Origin: Octopus sinensis
Taxonomy: Eukaryota
Direction: 5' to 3'
DNA: 64,000 bases
Assembly: GCF_006345805.1 (NCBI RefSeq)
Contig: NC_043012.1
Coordinates: 10,292,001 to 10,356,000, forward strand
The position numbers and the translations under genes were made by a program. Positions 24,935-39,239 of the stretch are shown here, piece by piece (within the stretch, counting starts at the first letter, position 1; each line of letters begins with the position of its first letter). The notes under the pieces were generated by a model that saw nothing but the letters and a program-made list of their open reading frames with translations, was not told where the DNA came from and ran no database searches.

Positions 24935-27900
24935 GTTATTAAGCGTAAAAGACTATCTGTATAAGCAAAAGATGAAGTTGATACATAGCTTATATTAAAA
25001 TTGTGACGCTAAAGCAACATTGCCCAGCGTTGCAAACAATTCGCTGTACATACTGGGTTGCCAGAGTTTGAACCAAATATTTTCAAGTGTTGTTTATGAT
25101 CTGTTTAAAGAGCGAGGGTTCTGCCATGCATCATGCGATGAAGTTTTTTTACTGAATTTTGTTCTTACTATAAACAATTGTCAATACTTCTTTTACTATT
25201 TATGAATATTTCTTTTCAACTTTTAATAGACTTTTTGAAGCATGTATATTTAGCTTATGTGAGCCATCAACCATTTTGTGCAAGAGTGCTGCTCCTATTC
25301 CATAATCTGACGCATCTGCAGCAACGATAATCTTTTTAATGGGACCAAAATTAGTCAACATTTGATCACAAGATAGTATTTCGTTGAATTTTGCATAGCT
25401 AACAAGATATGAGATTAGGGGACCCCTAATTTGACGACGCATGCTAGGTATAAATGAGCTGAAATAACTAACAGATTCCTAAAACAAGAACGTAGTTTAG
25501 TTATATCTGTTGTTGGTAGTAAATGCTTGATAATTGCCATTTTATCAGGATCTGGAAAACGTCCATCTAAATTCACAACAAAACCCAAATATGATAATTA
25601 ATGACGAGAAAATTGACCTTTTTCTAGTTTTCGACAAAGACAATATTCCTTAATTCGTATCAAAAGATTTGATAAATGTTCTTTATTTTCAACTTCAGTT
25701 GACAATACGATGATAATATCATCGAGGTACGCAAAGGCATATGAAAACTCCACGAGCATAATAGTCATCAGCTTTTGAAAAACTCCCTGGGGCAGCAGAC
25801 TTTATCCCAAAAGGTAATCTGTTATACTGATACAGCCCATGATGATTATTTATGGTTAAGAGCTCTTTTGATGCATCGTCTACATATATGTGTAAATATG
25901 CTTTTGCTAAATCAATCTTTGAAAACCATTTCTCGCCATTTAATCTTGCAAATAAGTCTTCGGGAACGACAATGAATAGCAATGTAGATATAATGAATCA
26001 TTAAGTCCAGTAGACAAATCAGCGCATATGCGTATAGAGCCATTTGTTTTTATATTTACTATAACAATGGACGCTGCCCATTCTGAATAATTCACGTTTG
26101 ATATTGTATTGAAGTTTTCTAATCTATCCAGTTCGTTTTCAGCGAGCGATAACGAGGCATAAGGTACTGGAGGCGTCGGCTTGAAAACAGGTCTGGCATT
26201 TGGTTTAAGATACACAGATGCAGTAAATTTTGTGCATATCCTAAGCCAACTTTGAAAATTGATTTGAATTCTTGCTGAAAATTTCCTCTAAGGTTTGTTG
26301 TATGAAATGTGCTCAAAATCAACAATGTTTAAAAGAGTGTGCGTTACTTTATTTACTGTTATATTCCATAACACAAGGTTTTCAATCTCGTCTGTTCCGA
26401 GGATGTCCAGGTAAGGTTTCTCAGTAATATAGTAGAATTCCAAATTAATGGATGTCAAGACTCTGAGTGAATAAAAATATATTTTTCCTTTGATAACCGA
26501 TGGCTGGTTGGACGCATTCTTGGTTTTTTGCTCAGTTGATAAAGTGGCTGGTTTTGTGATTTTGTGCCACGCTTCTTTAGAAATGAGAGTAATATCAAAT
26601 GCAGCGTGAAGTTGTAAGCATATATGAAATCTACCTGTCTTTACAATAATATACTTCATTTTTGAAATCACTTCGTCTTTAAATGTGGCGTAGATTCCAT
26701 TTGAAATAATACTTTCTGCAGTTGAATCGGATTCAATGACTTTTACTCTATTACTGGAATGTTTATATCCATGGTTGTAACATTTGAGTGATTTTTTGCA
26801 CTTGTGCCGACAATATTTTGCATGGTGTTGCCTGACGCAATTCTCAACATGCTGTTAGCGGTGGCCGCGTTGCTAAGTTCTCGTAGATCCATAAGGCTGT
26901 TTAGAATTCTGCGAAATCCAGTTTTGTTTCCTTGCGGTAACTGCACAAATGCTTGGAACTATTTCATTTCCTGTGGAATCTTGAATCATTTGAGTATCAT
27001 GCTTAACATTAATGAGTCGTTGTCATTCATTCCTAAATTGTTGTAAGGTAATGCCGTTGCGTGTGTCCAATTTGGCTAGGACATGAAGATTTATATCATC
27101 ATAGCTTGGTGATGTAGCCCACATAAGAAAATTAGTTTCTTAAATTGGTTATCTACCGTTGTCTGTCTTTTTTATATGCCTAACATATGCAATAAAATTT
27201 TCAGGGTGTTTTCCTAATTTCAAACATTTCTATCTGCTGTTAAAGACAACGTCTCACAGAACATGTTTCTATATTGGTCCACTGTAGATTTAAAGTCAAA
27301 TTCATTAGGATGTTTGGTTTATACAAAATTAAAGTACTTATATTCGATAAGGCCCAATTTTCTTAATAATAGTCTCACTTTAGTTGAATCACCTAGTTCT
27401 GTTGCTTCAATGACAAAATATCTTGATAACGGTTATACCAAGACGCAAAAGTTAATTCGCTTTGATCGTCATATTCAAAGGTAGGATGTTTGTGGAAAAC
27501 TTTTGATGTAGTGTTGCTTTGATTGTTAATCAATGTAGTTGGATTTGGCTACATAAGTTTCGATGCTACAGCTGTTAAAATATCCAAATGCTGCTTGTCA
27601 TGTTCTTTTTCCATTTCTTAGCACTCTTGTTGCAGGCATAAGTTAATGAGATCTGCATAACTTTACATTTACAATAGTTGCCAAATGATGTTATAACGTA
27701 AGACGAATAATGCTATTGTGCTCGTGTAAACACCTCATTAACGAACGAAGAAAACACTGCAACAATTCCCAACCGGACTGCAAAATGTAGAATTGTCCCT
27801 TCAATTGTCCTCGATGCAAAATGAACCACGTGCGCCACATGAAGCGTACTGAGGTGAAGAGTAAATCCGCAATGAGTCGATCTATATCTAACGTCATCTG

Positions 27901-27969
27901 ATACAATAAGTGTCACCTCGGACGAATGTACGTAAGCTTAAATAATAAACGATGTGCGAGTGAACAACA
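24935..27969 (-). mobile_element. Decayed Ty3/Gypsy LTR retrotransposon (LTR-gag-PR-RT-RNaseH; integrase and 3' LTR absent)
   Basis: gag: TFASWYNRYQD, KVRLLLRKLG and a frameshifted CCHC knuckle. Protease remnant LQLHAAFDITLIS. RT: FSKIDLAKAY, RLPFGIKSA and YLDD at 25718-25729. RNase H: AADASDYGIG and LQRWA. Many stops and frameshifts. Confidence 0.9.
27689..27969 (-). repeat. Putative 5' LTR of the Gypsy element
   Basis: Minus strand TGTT...AACA termini followed by a PBS-like tggcaac (27673-27683) just upstream of gag; no second copy available to confirm. Confidence 0.5.
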
Positions 27970-28350
27970 CCACATGACAGAATCGAGTCCATTGATTGGA
28001 TGATCCTTAAGAAACAATGTTTTGTGTCAAAACAACTGGAGTTGTCTTACCAATTATTGAAATGCGTTCTTCCTATGCCCAGGAAGTTTGAACATTTCAG
28101 AAACTATATAACGGTGAACTCAAACGTAGGACAGTCTGCTAATAGTTTAGCTGACCGAAATTTCGAAGTCACTTTCAATATAAATTGTCTGAAAAATTAT
28201 ATTTCTGTACCAACAGCATTGAGTAAACTTTCAGTTTATTTTAAAATTCTTTCATGTAAACTTTAATATAAAAGTAAACGTTAAAATAGATATATGCACG
28301 TATGCGTACCTACATACATGCGTACATGTATACGTATATAGATGCATATG

Positions 28351-28386
<36 letters not shown>

Positions 28387-29509
28387 GTGAAATTTGATTT
28401 AGTATTTCTAAATTGAATTTTTTTCCTTGTAAGTTTGGATTTTATTCCCTCAAATATTTTCTGGTAATTTAGCGCGCCAAAACGAGGACATTTGAAATAG
28501 TAGCCACGAGTGTAATGGGTAGGACTGTTTTACAAGTCTGTGGACGTCCTAGTATGCAGTCCTGCTAATTATATTCACCTTGGACGGTCGTACCGATGTT
28601 CTACGGACAATTACGTAAGTTACGTAAGTAAGATTGCGTACTTTGTTGATAGTGAAACATGAATGCGAATAATCCATATTTTTATTACTTTTTCTTTTGT
28701 CGTGCTCGATTACGTTTTGGTTGTTTTTGCTAAATTTTTCTTGAGAACATTTCTTGGTGGTGAGACCGTAGCGGATCTATTTCTAGCATAAGGGTGTCCA
28801 CATAGTGGTTTCCCTCTAATATATATATATATATTGATGTATATGTATGTATGTATGTATGTATATTCTAGAGTTCAAATTCCCCATGCTGGTGCGAAAT
28901 CAGTACCCAACATATAACCTTTTTATCTATCAAAAGGAAGTAATATTCGACAATGCAGGTTGAAACTGAAAGGAGAAGTGAGAAAATCTAGACAGGTGGC
29001 TAATGGAGTTATGAAACATTTTAGTTTCCTAAACAGACTCGAACAAGTTCATACAATACATAGAAGACGATTAAAGACGGTAAAAATGTTTATATATATA
29101 TACGTATGAATATACACATACATAGAAACATACACTCCAGACACACGCTCACACACACACGTAACTGATTTGTGTATATAATAATGTGTGTATCCGCAAA
29201 ACCGTATTATTTCCCAGTGTTTTCATACATAATGGTAAAAAAATTATGTCTGACTTTCCAGAGAATTTATCATTTTATTGTAAAGTTGAAAATCTTTTTA
29301 TTTACCCCATTATCTCATGAATCTTTTTACTTGACTTGTCTGTGAAAATAATATGTTAAACATTTCTACGAATCACTATTGATTAATGCGTTATCTCTAC
29401 TGTTTTCCTTAAACACCACGTTCTCTAATGTTCCATGTTATTGTTATGATTTTCAAAACGAAACAATGTATACATATTCATGCATTCAGCGATATATATA
29501 TACATACAA

Positions 29510-29567
<58 letters not shown>

Positions 29568-29813
29568 TATATATACATGTATATATACATATATATATAC
29601 ATATATATATATAAACATATCTATATATATACATATATACATACATACATATATGTATATTATATATACATATATATGTATGCATATATATACATATTCA
29701 GACGCGCACACACACATATATATTTTCCATCACTTTATCTCTTTCTCACTTTCTTTTTGTTTCATTTTGAGTGTGTAAATATATATTTACACATACACAT
29801 ACACACACACACA

Positions 29814-29877
<64 letters not shown>

Positions 29878-30011
29878 CATATATATATCTTTCTTTATTC
29901 TTCTTTATCCCCGTCTGTCTTGATAGACAATGAGTTGCGCCAAGGGTGGGTCTTAATTTGATGATGTGCAGCGTCTGCTGTGACTGAACAGTCCAATTCT
30001 AGAGTGAACAT

Positions 30012-30074
<63 letters not shown>

Positions 30075-31896
30075 CATACATAAATATAACTTAATAGAAA
30101 TGAATGGAAGATTTGCAACTAGATCTATTGTATTCTTTAAAGTTCAATTAGGATAACGGCTGCAGATGCATCGTCGTCGTCGTCGGTGATCTGTTTTGGT
30201 TTGATCGTCGTGTACTTGTACAATGTGATTCAGGAATTCCTTTAACATATATACGTGTATAAAGCGTTTATTTCATAGTTTTGTAAATATTCCTCGTTTC
30301 TTTATTTGTTTTGTTCATCTTCCATAACCCAGTATAAATTGGATAGGAATGCATAAAGTAGATTATCATTATTCAGTATTTCGAATGATATAAAAAAATA
30401 TATACTCCTGAGATGTTATATGTTTGAGGGAAAAAAATCAACCTTAGCAACATGCTTAAATACATTAGCCCCAATTCAGTGCTGCATTGTAAATAAAACC
30501 TACATAACATTGAAATGGTGTCAAAATAAATTTTTCACATCTGCCTAAAGAGCAGACTCTTGTACTTAACAAAAAGTTAATTAAGTATAAATAACACTGA
30601 AACTAGAACAATATGTAGCATACACAATTCTTATGCGTCAGAGCCTTTTGGTTTAATTACATTGAAGATTTATTCAGCTACAGATGCACCATGTTGAAAA
30701 CTTGAGACTGCTATCCTTGTATTCAAAATGGCGTATTCCTCAAGGATTTATAATTTGGAGAAAAATAACACCAGGTCGACTAATATTCTATTTCCTAGAA
30801 GCAAGTCGCAACCATTTAATTTTGATTCCGTCTGTGTTGTAATAAAACCTGGGGGAAAAATCAATATTATGTTGTATCCTTGACTGAAGAAGATGGAGTA
30901 AGGTTTTCTGATTTTGGAGAATCATTCAACACACACATATCAGATGTATCTACAGGTGCGGTTGAGAAGAGACATAATAAAACATTTGCAATTCAAAGGG
31001 CATTTAAATATTATTATTTGTAACACCTATATTACTATTAACACGAGCGCGCGCAAAAACAAACACAAATGCACACGCTCACACACACACACACAGACAC
31101 ACATGAACACACACACGTACACATAAGCACACACACGCACACATAAATACACACACGCGCGCATGAACACATACACACACACACAAACATTGTGTCTTTT
31201 ATTTCACAAATGCACTCCCCTATATTGCAAGATTAAACGGAAAGAACTAACTCTAAAGAAGTTGTTATCAACACATGTTTTGAAAAATGAGTAACACAAA
31301 TGACGGGCTTACGCTTAACACAATAAAGAACATATAGAAAAACGGAAATTGACATTTGTGAATCTTATTTGAACTTTACAATAGAAATCTGAAAGTATTA
31401 GATTTCCTTTAATCAAAATACAGGAAAACATGATCTCTGACTTAAACCCAAGAACAGAAAATATATAAAAGTATAAAGTCCAAACAGCGCTGCACGACTT
31501 TAGAGCACCTTACAAACAATATTAATAGATGTATATCAAATTTATCCGTGGAGAGTATAACATTATTACCGAAAACATTACCAGGTGTAGTATTCAATAC
31601 AAAATACAGAATTAATTTCATATGGTTTATTGGTATCATATGATATTGTGACAGTTTTCACGCGTAATCCGTTTGTTCGGACTACGGTTTCGAGATATAG
31701 ATTGTAGATTATAAAAGAGACAGAGATTGTGAAGGAGAGCAGGATTTGCTGAATATTAGGTTATTAAATGGGTTCTAAGATTATTGGATTGGGAAAAAAA
31801 GCTGAAGAATTATGGTAGAGAGGAAAACGCTGCAGTCGGTGAACTAGTTAAAATCTAAAGCTGGAGAAGGAAATGTTATGAAGTACACGTAATTGC

Positions 31897-31960
31897 GAAT
31901 GTGTGGTTATGTGGGTTGATATGTGAATGTGTGGTTATGTGGGTTGATATCTGAATGTGT
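31897..31960. repeat. 28-bp tandem duplication (about 2.3 copies)
   Basis: gaatgtgtggttatgtgggttgatatgt starting at 31897, 31925 and partially 31953. Confidence 0.9.
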
Positions 31961-33548
31961 ATAAGTGTATTGAAATTAGACAAACAAAAGTGAAGAGTAT
32001 AACTGGAACATATCATTTTAAATCAATATATAAGTGTATAATTTTAAATGAATGGTGGGCAATGATTTCGTAGCTAAGTTAAGATGTTCTATCGTTTGCT
32101 TTTATATAAATAATCGACTTCAAGAAACCTCCAAAATAATAAGAACAAAGAACTGATGCGTTTTTCATTGAGAATAAATTGGTGGCACCAAAGATTTTAA
32201 AACTTTGTCATTGAATATATATGGAATTGAGGAAGTATGTTTGGTTTTAGCTACCAGGAATATTTGTACATTTAGTGTATGGACGACTTTTTTTCAAATA
32301 CAGTAATAGGATGCGAGATTCGTAGGTTCCAGATAATAAAATATTTGATTTAGATGTAAGTCTAAACTAGTTGTAAATTATTAACGTTGTGGTGTTTAGG
32401 TTTTAATTGTTCAGCATTATAGATGGTATTTTACAGTTGTATATCAAAAACCTCTGCTTATTGATTTTAACAGACTTTAGTAGGATCAATAATTGTGTAG
32501 TGTGAGTGTGATAGGTAATATTGATTTAGTAGTTAGACCACTAAAGTACAGTGAAAAGAAGAGAACAGTAGAAGAAATAATGTGATAAAGCATTTCATTA
32601 AACTTGAATGTTAGATAACTGCATCTGTTGACTTTGCAGACTTCTAGAGTACACAATATAGCTAAATTTTACATACCTTTTAAGCTATATATGAGAGTGT
32701 GTAGATGTAAGGGATTTTTAAAAATTGAATAGGAAAATGAGATTTTTTCTACAAAATGTAGCTACCTCTCAAATTATTTCTTTGGAAAATACGTTATAGG
32801 GAAAGTGTTGTCTACTTTATGAAGTGAAAGAAGAGGTTAGATATATATTATTGTTTGCTAGCTTCGAAAGTAAAGCAAAGAAAAGTTGTTCACGAACTTA
32901 GTAGATGTCTATATAACACATTCGTTTTTTGAAATAATTTGCAATGGACTCTACAAGAAATTTTAATTTTGTTCACTAAGTGCATAGCGATATATTAAGC
33001 CGTGGTTTGGCTGAGTGCCACATTCTAATGATCTGCTGAAGTATTGCTGCTGCTACTCATTAGCAGGTCAGCACATGAGCAATATGTTCTCCAAAATGGT
33101 ACACCTGAACATGTTAACAGTAACTTGACTATTAAATTTCTTATCAATAACGTCTTCCAACAACTTGGCAGAGGGTGATCAATTCCATAAAATACAGTTT
33201 AAATAGATTTAAAGACTAATGTCCTCACTCATTCTAACATTATATCAGATGTATTTCCGTGGTTCCATATTCAATGTAACTTTCTTTCAGAATCATTTAA
33301 CATTTCTAATATAAATATTTTCAATACGCTTATGGTCTTTTTTATCGGTTTTCTAAAAAGTCTAAAGCGGAAATAGAAAATGTAAAAACAACACTAGTGT
33401 CATTAACATTGAAATGATCGGTGAAATCATTTGAAGGAGCATAATAAGTGTGTGTAGGAGGGATGTGCTTATCCTTTTTTGCCAGTGCTAGCATAAATAC
33501 ATACATACACACACACTCACACACATACACATATATATATATGTATAT

Positions 33549-33635
<87 letters not shown>

Positions 33636-33658
33636 TATATACATATATATACATATAC

Positions 33659-33722
<64 letters not shown>

Positions 33723-33733
33723 TCTCTTAAAGA

Positions 33734-34052
33734 CTCCGCCGGTTACGACGACGAGGGTCCCAGCTGATACGATCAACGGAACAGCTTGCTCGTGAAATTA
33801 ACGTGCAAATGGATGAGCATTCCACAGACACGTGTACCCTTAACGTAGTTCTCGGGGATAATCAGCGTGACACAGAGAGTGACAAGGCTGACCCTTTGAA
33901 ATACAAGTACAACTCATTTTTGCCAGCTGAGTGGACTGGAGCAACGTGAAATAAAGTGTCTTGCTCAAGGACACAACGCGTCGCCGGGAATCGAACTCAC
34001 AACCTTACGATCATGAGCCGAATGCCCTAACCACTAAGCCACGCGCCCTCAC
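33734..34052 (-). mobile_element. Near full-length tRNA-headed SINE with a CORE-like segment
   Basis: A box tggcttagtgg, B box gagttcgattcc, then gtgtccttgagcaagacacttt. Confidence 0.9.
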
Positions 34053-34134
34053 ATATACATATATATATATATATACATATACATATGTATGTGTGTGTAT
34101 CATATATATATATATATATATGTCATATATACCT

Positions 34135-34930
34135 TTAGCTCTGTTGTGCATGCACATTAAGTGTTGGCGTTCTAGCTCACTGCGGCTCTTTACAGCAGTG
34201 CATGGGAGGAAGGAAGATGTGTAACGTGCGATCCTCGCATTAAGCATGGCAGAGAAAGTTAAGCAGGGAACCTACTTCAAATTTTTCCAAAAACTAGGGG
34301 ATAGCTGCTCAGCGGCCTACGCACAGTTTTCAAAAAGCTTTCATCGTTCTCAACACGATCTTGTTCAACTGAAAACCGAATTTCCTTTCGGTCAGCTGAA
34401 TGCAGTTTTGGTACAAACTTAGCAGATTCGCATCTCATAACCATATCTTCAGTGATAATGGACTGAACTAAACCGTAATATTCTCTGATAACTCATGGAT
34501 GGTGATTCGACGACTTCCCCTCACAGCTGCACGCACCTCTGCAATGTTTTTTCTTAGTTCTGTTCGTTGTGAGTATCTCAGAATGTTTATCAATATTGAC
34601 ATATTTTCGGCCATCTTGGAAATTTCTGAGCTACTCGTACACTTGTGTGCAGCTTATGCACTCCTCTCCATAGACTTTCATAAATTTTGCGTCGGCCTCT
34701 GAGCAAGTATTGGCATGACAACTTTCTCTATCATGGTCAATGCGACGATCAAACGCTACACACCTTCCTTCGAAGCAATGTTGTAAAGAGCGGAACTGAA
34801 CTAGAACGTTAAAACTTAGTGTTAGTGTGCATGCATAGCAGAGCTTAAGGTCCATCTTTGCCAAGCGACATTATTCTGTGTGACTTAGCTTCGTTACTAT
34901 GGCAACATGCCTAATGCTTATCGATAAATA
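34135..34930. mobile_element. Mariner derivative made of two inverted 5' ends
   Basis: Minus strand encodes a mariner N-terminal HTH (KVYGEECISCTQVYE*..FQDGR; TEDMVMR..AKFVPKL). Plus strand 34135-34330 is a second 5' copy (MAEKVKQGTYFKFFQKLGDSCSAAYA). Confidence 0.8.
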
Positions 34931-35406
34931 TTAGCAATAATTATAACGATAAAGAATATTTAAATTGATATAACCACTACACGAAGTATGGACAATTGCA
35001 TTTGCAACCGGGAATAATTCTCTGTGCACCTTCGCTTAGAGTCTTTCAACCAGCCTGGCCCACAGCGAATTAAATTTAGTTAGTTGTTTATTAGTTAGGG
35101 TAGGGGGGAATGAGGAGAGGTTGTTTTGCATTTGAAATATGTCCTGTTTGTAAACTTGTTTCGTTGACCGCTTTTTCACTTCAGTTGCTGGCCGACCTCA
35201 GGATACTATTTCATTAAGTCAAAATTTATGTTACTGTTTTACAAGATTTCTTTCTATATTGTAGTAGATGGGTACTAAATAAGCTTAATTTCAACTATAA
35301 TTCATGTAATACACATAAATATATACTGATTATGCATGTATGTGTATTTATATTTATACATATACACTTATACATGAACACATATAGGTATATATGCCAA
35401 TATATA

Positions 35407-35448
<42 letters not shown>

Positions 35449-35989
35449 CGTTAACGAACTGCCATTATCAAACTGACAACACAATGTTTTTACCCCCGAT
35501 GAATTCTTCGGATATACCTATTGCAATAAATTTGTGTGGTGCGGGTGGGTGGTGCGAATATATGACACCAAGGCAGTGAAAATGGAATTCATGTACGGTG
35601 GAATACGCCACAGGTCCCAGGTCAATAGATGTTTAATTCATGCTGTGGAAGGAGGAATAGATAATATATTGGGAATTTGGGAGATGAGAAATGGTTGTAG
35701 AGAAAGGATTAGGAGAAAAACAACTGATGTTCACAGAGCTCTGATGTTAAGCGTTTTGTGTCAATAGATGTTGAGTCATAAGGTTTATATATTTTAGATG
35801 TTTAAAGTTAAGAATCATTTAATAAATTGAAGAAAACGGTCGTGTGATATAAATATGCATTAAGTCCAAATTCCATGATCTCAAGTCGTTATCTTAGTGC
35901 AGGTGTTAATCTTAATCTTCCTATACGTTGTCACACTTTGTCAATGAAGCAACCTTCTTATTTTCATTATCCTTCATAAGTTTTGGGGG

Positions 35990-36175
35990 GCAAGCTTGTA
36001 TGATGGTTAACGATTCGGAAAACAGGCTAGGCAATATTTCTTCCGGCTATTTACATACTAGGTTCAAATTCCGCCAAGGTCGTATTTACCTTTCATGCGT
36101 TTAGACTACATACAATAAATACCAGTTGAATACCGGGGTTGATGTAATCGAAAAATTGCTGGCCTAGTGCTAAAT
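35990..36175 (+). mobile_element. Eroded SINE of the 56147 family
   Basis: ggttcaaattccgccaaggtcg..cctttcat..ggggttgatgtaatcga. Confidence 0.5.
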
Positions 36176-36720
36176 TATTCTTCGCACAAGATTTGCATGG
36201 ATACATTTGTAATATCCCTTTTTACTATTTAATCTTATAAATAAGATGAGATGGTAAAAAGGGATATTGCAAACGTATTAGGAAAATATACACGTTGTTT
36301 ATAGCGTGCCTGATAAGCCGTAATTTTCATGAGGTTCACAGAGTCATTATATGATCAGCACCGATTTAAATTCCGAATGAAATTTTTCGTTACAGATTAG
36401 CGATTGCCATTCCGACGTGATCGAGAAAGAACAAAAAATATCTCGTATAAATCTCCACGTAATTAAAATACATCCAAATGCATTGCTAGGGACTCTCTAA
36501 TAGTCTAAATTCATTACATACCATATTTGCATATCCATAATAAAACCCACCCGTTTTCATTATGACCGATATTTTTATCATATTCTTCTGTAAATATAAT
36601 TCACATCACATTATTAAGTTTTATACATAATCTAGAATTCCATACAGAAGTTTGCAATTCCCTAAGAAATTTCATGACCTTATCGATTTTTCTTCTCTGT
36701 CTTTTATGGTGCGTCTGTAG

Positions 36721-36808
36721 TTATAAAGGAATAAAGGAATGGCGAAATTAGACAGATATCGGAAATGTTTAACGGTACCAGCGTTATGTCTGTTACTTCC
36801 GCCAGAAG
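36721..36808 (+). CDS. Candidate start-codon exon (MAKLDRYRKCLTVPALCLLLPPE)
   Basis: Pyrimidine-rich acceptor ending gtctgtag, ATG at 36739 in ggaATGG context, donor AAG|gtatat; may be chance. Confidence 0.2.
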
Positions 36809-37899
36809 GTATATATATAATCTATAATGCTGATCAAAAATGATTTGCCATTTTAACTCTTGCGACTCGTAAAAGGAAACTTATTCAATCACTCTCACTT
36901 TCACTCCCTGGTCTCCCACTTTCTCTTATTCACTCCCTCTCTCCCCCCTCTCTCTCTCTTTTAATCTCTCTGACTCTGTTTTAACTATGTATCTCTCTCT
37001 CTCTCTGCCCCTCTCTTTCTCCCGCTATTATAAATGATTCAGACGTTTATCCCGATAGCTTCGTAAGATTAAATAATTAATTTCTCATTTGTTCACACAT
37101 ACGCATAAACATCATCATACACACACCTATAAAAATGTAGCGCACATGTCTTTGTATGCACGTATATATACATATGTGTGTGTGTATCTATGCATATATA
37201 TATATATATTCACGCACATCTATTTATACGTATATGTGTGTATGTGTGAATGTTTGCACGCATGTACACTTATTCATCCATATACATGCACACAAACATA
37301 CAGACAAACACACACATTCATACACACACACACACACACATGTTTATGCGATGTGCATTGAAGATTAAGGTGAATATATATCATTTGTGAAATAGACCTA
37401 CACATTAAGTTCAGAGAGGAAAAAAAAAACCTCTTCAGTAAAATACTTCAGTCAGGCCACATATTCATTAACGTTTACAAAGAATGGATTCTTATGTAAC
37501 ACGTGGAAATGCATTTTTGAGCCGACAAAAAATGATAAATTATATATAGCTAATCGTCAATCTGTTTGGTAGAAAAGGAAGCACGCGTATTTCTTATTTC
37601 CTATTAACGGAAATATTGGTTACCATTGAAGATATTCCTTAATTACCTTTGAATCTCGTTTCTTTTCTTTATAGTATTGTCAATTATGAATTGCTAAAAG
37701 GATTTGTCTCACTTTTGGGATCAAAACCAAATTTATTCTAGAAGCTATACTCATTGGTATATACATGTGCCTGTTTGTATATGTACGAACGTGAGTACAT
37801 ACATACATACATACATACATACATACATACATACATACACATACATACATACATACATACATACATACATACATGGATGAATACCTACATACAGTTCAA

Positions 37900-37990
37900 A
37901 TTCACAGTAAACAAAAGACGAAGACGCTCTTCGACAGAAGGGATTGACAGGTAAAAATAATGGAGACAAGGAAACAATGCGAAGTGATAA
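37900..37990 (-). mobile_element. Fragment of the hammerhead-like repeat family seen at 38730
   Basis: Minus strand cttCUGUCGAAGAGCG then a deletion; shares aaaagacgaagac with the 38730 copy. Confidence 0.45.
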
Positions 37991-38650
37991 AGGAAAAATT
38001 TGTAGGGCCTAACGGTTAAGAAGATAAAATGGCAGAAGAAAGTGGTTGATTGAAAGGGAGATAATAACGGCTGAACTAGGGTGTGCAAGCGCGTGTGTGT
38101 ATTTGAGAATGGGGGTTTGTCAGTGAACATGTGCGAATATGGGCGAGCGTCTGTGAATGTATATGTGGGTGAGCTTAAAATTGTGTGTGCGTGGAGGGGT
38201 GTATGTGTATCAATAACATAATTCGTACATTTTGTGGAGTGATGTGCCTTTCGTGTACTGGTGTGTATGTGTGTGTGCCTATGGACGTGTGTACATATGT
38301 ATGTATGTGTGCATGTGTGTAGGTGCGCAAATAATTTAGTGCGTGCGTTGTGTGGAGCGATGTGCGTTTCGTATCTATGTGTGTTGATATAGTCGTGTGT
38401 AAATGCTTGAGGATCTGTCTTGTGTGTGTGTGCGTGTGCGTGCGTATGCGTATGAAAACGCTTGTGTATAGAAATTGAAGGTGCTTGTTCGGCTCTTATG
38501 AGCATGTGTATATATGTGTGACCCTATAATATCCATGTGTATTGTATACGTTTGAGTGCGAAAGATTATGTGTTTATGCGTGTTGTGTGTGTGTATTAAT
38601 TGTTTTCAAGCGTTTTGTGTGCATGTGCAGTGTGTGTTTTATAAATATAT

Positions 38651-38708
<58 letters not shown>

Positions 38709-38729
38709 ACATATATATATATAGGGAGT

Positions 38730-38915
38730 ATTCTCGAAAAAACATAAGACGAAGACAGGTGGTGTAGAAAACGGACAGATGTATTAGTATAACGCTCAGG
38801 AAGTGAAAAACGTTTCGAGCCTACGCTCTTCCACAGAAAGGAACACAGAAAGAAACAAAGAGAGAAACAAGGAGAGAAAATAATGTGTAATGGCTACCGA
38901 TCTATCATGGCAACT
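38730..38915 (-). mobile_element. Short repeat with a variant hammerhead-like core
   Basis: Minus strand CUUU-CUGUGGA-A-GAGC(GUAG)GCUC-GAAA-CGUU at 38808-38840; A6 is U and the stem I partner is missing. Confidence 0.55.
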
Positions 38916-39201
38916 ATATACATATAAGTTTGTGCGTGTGTGTCTGTGTATGTATATAAATATTTTGCATTAAAGCAAAGGATTAACATTTAAGTTTCAG
39001 AAGATTACATATTAACTTGCACATGGAAAATTTCGCCATTCACTTGGGATATACAGCATGCTCATATTTAATGGACTGTCTGATGAAGTGTAGCAAAACG
39101 AAGTTTCAAATTTGTTGTTAATCATTGCTTTGTAAATTTTACTTCACACAGACACACAGGCGCGCACACATATACATATAACTATATATATATATATATA
39201 T

Positions 39202-39239
<38 letters not shown>

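Noticed and set aside
30890-30955. Candidate exon xDGVRFSDFGESFNTHISDVST with donor CAG|gtgcgg
   Set aside because: The acceptor is poor (gaag, weak pyrimidine tract) and there is no homology; not supportable without transcripts.
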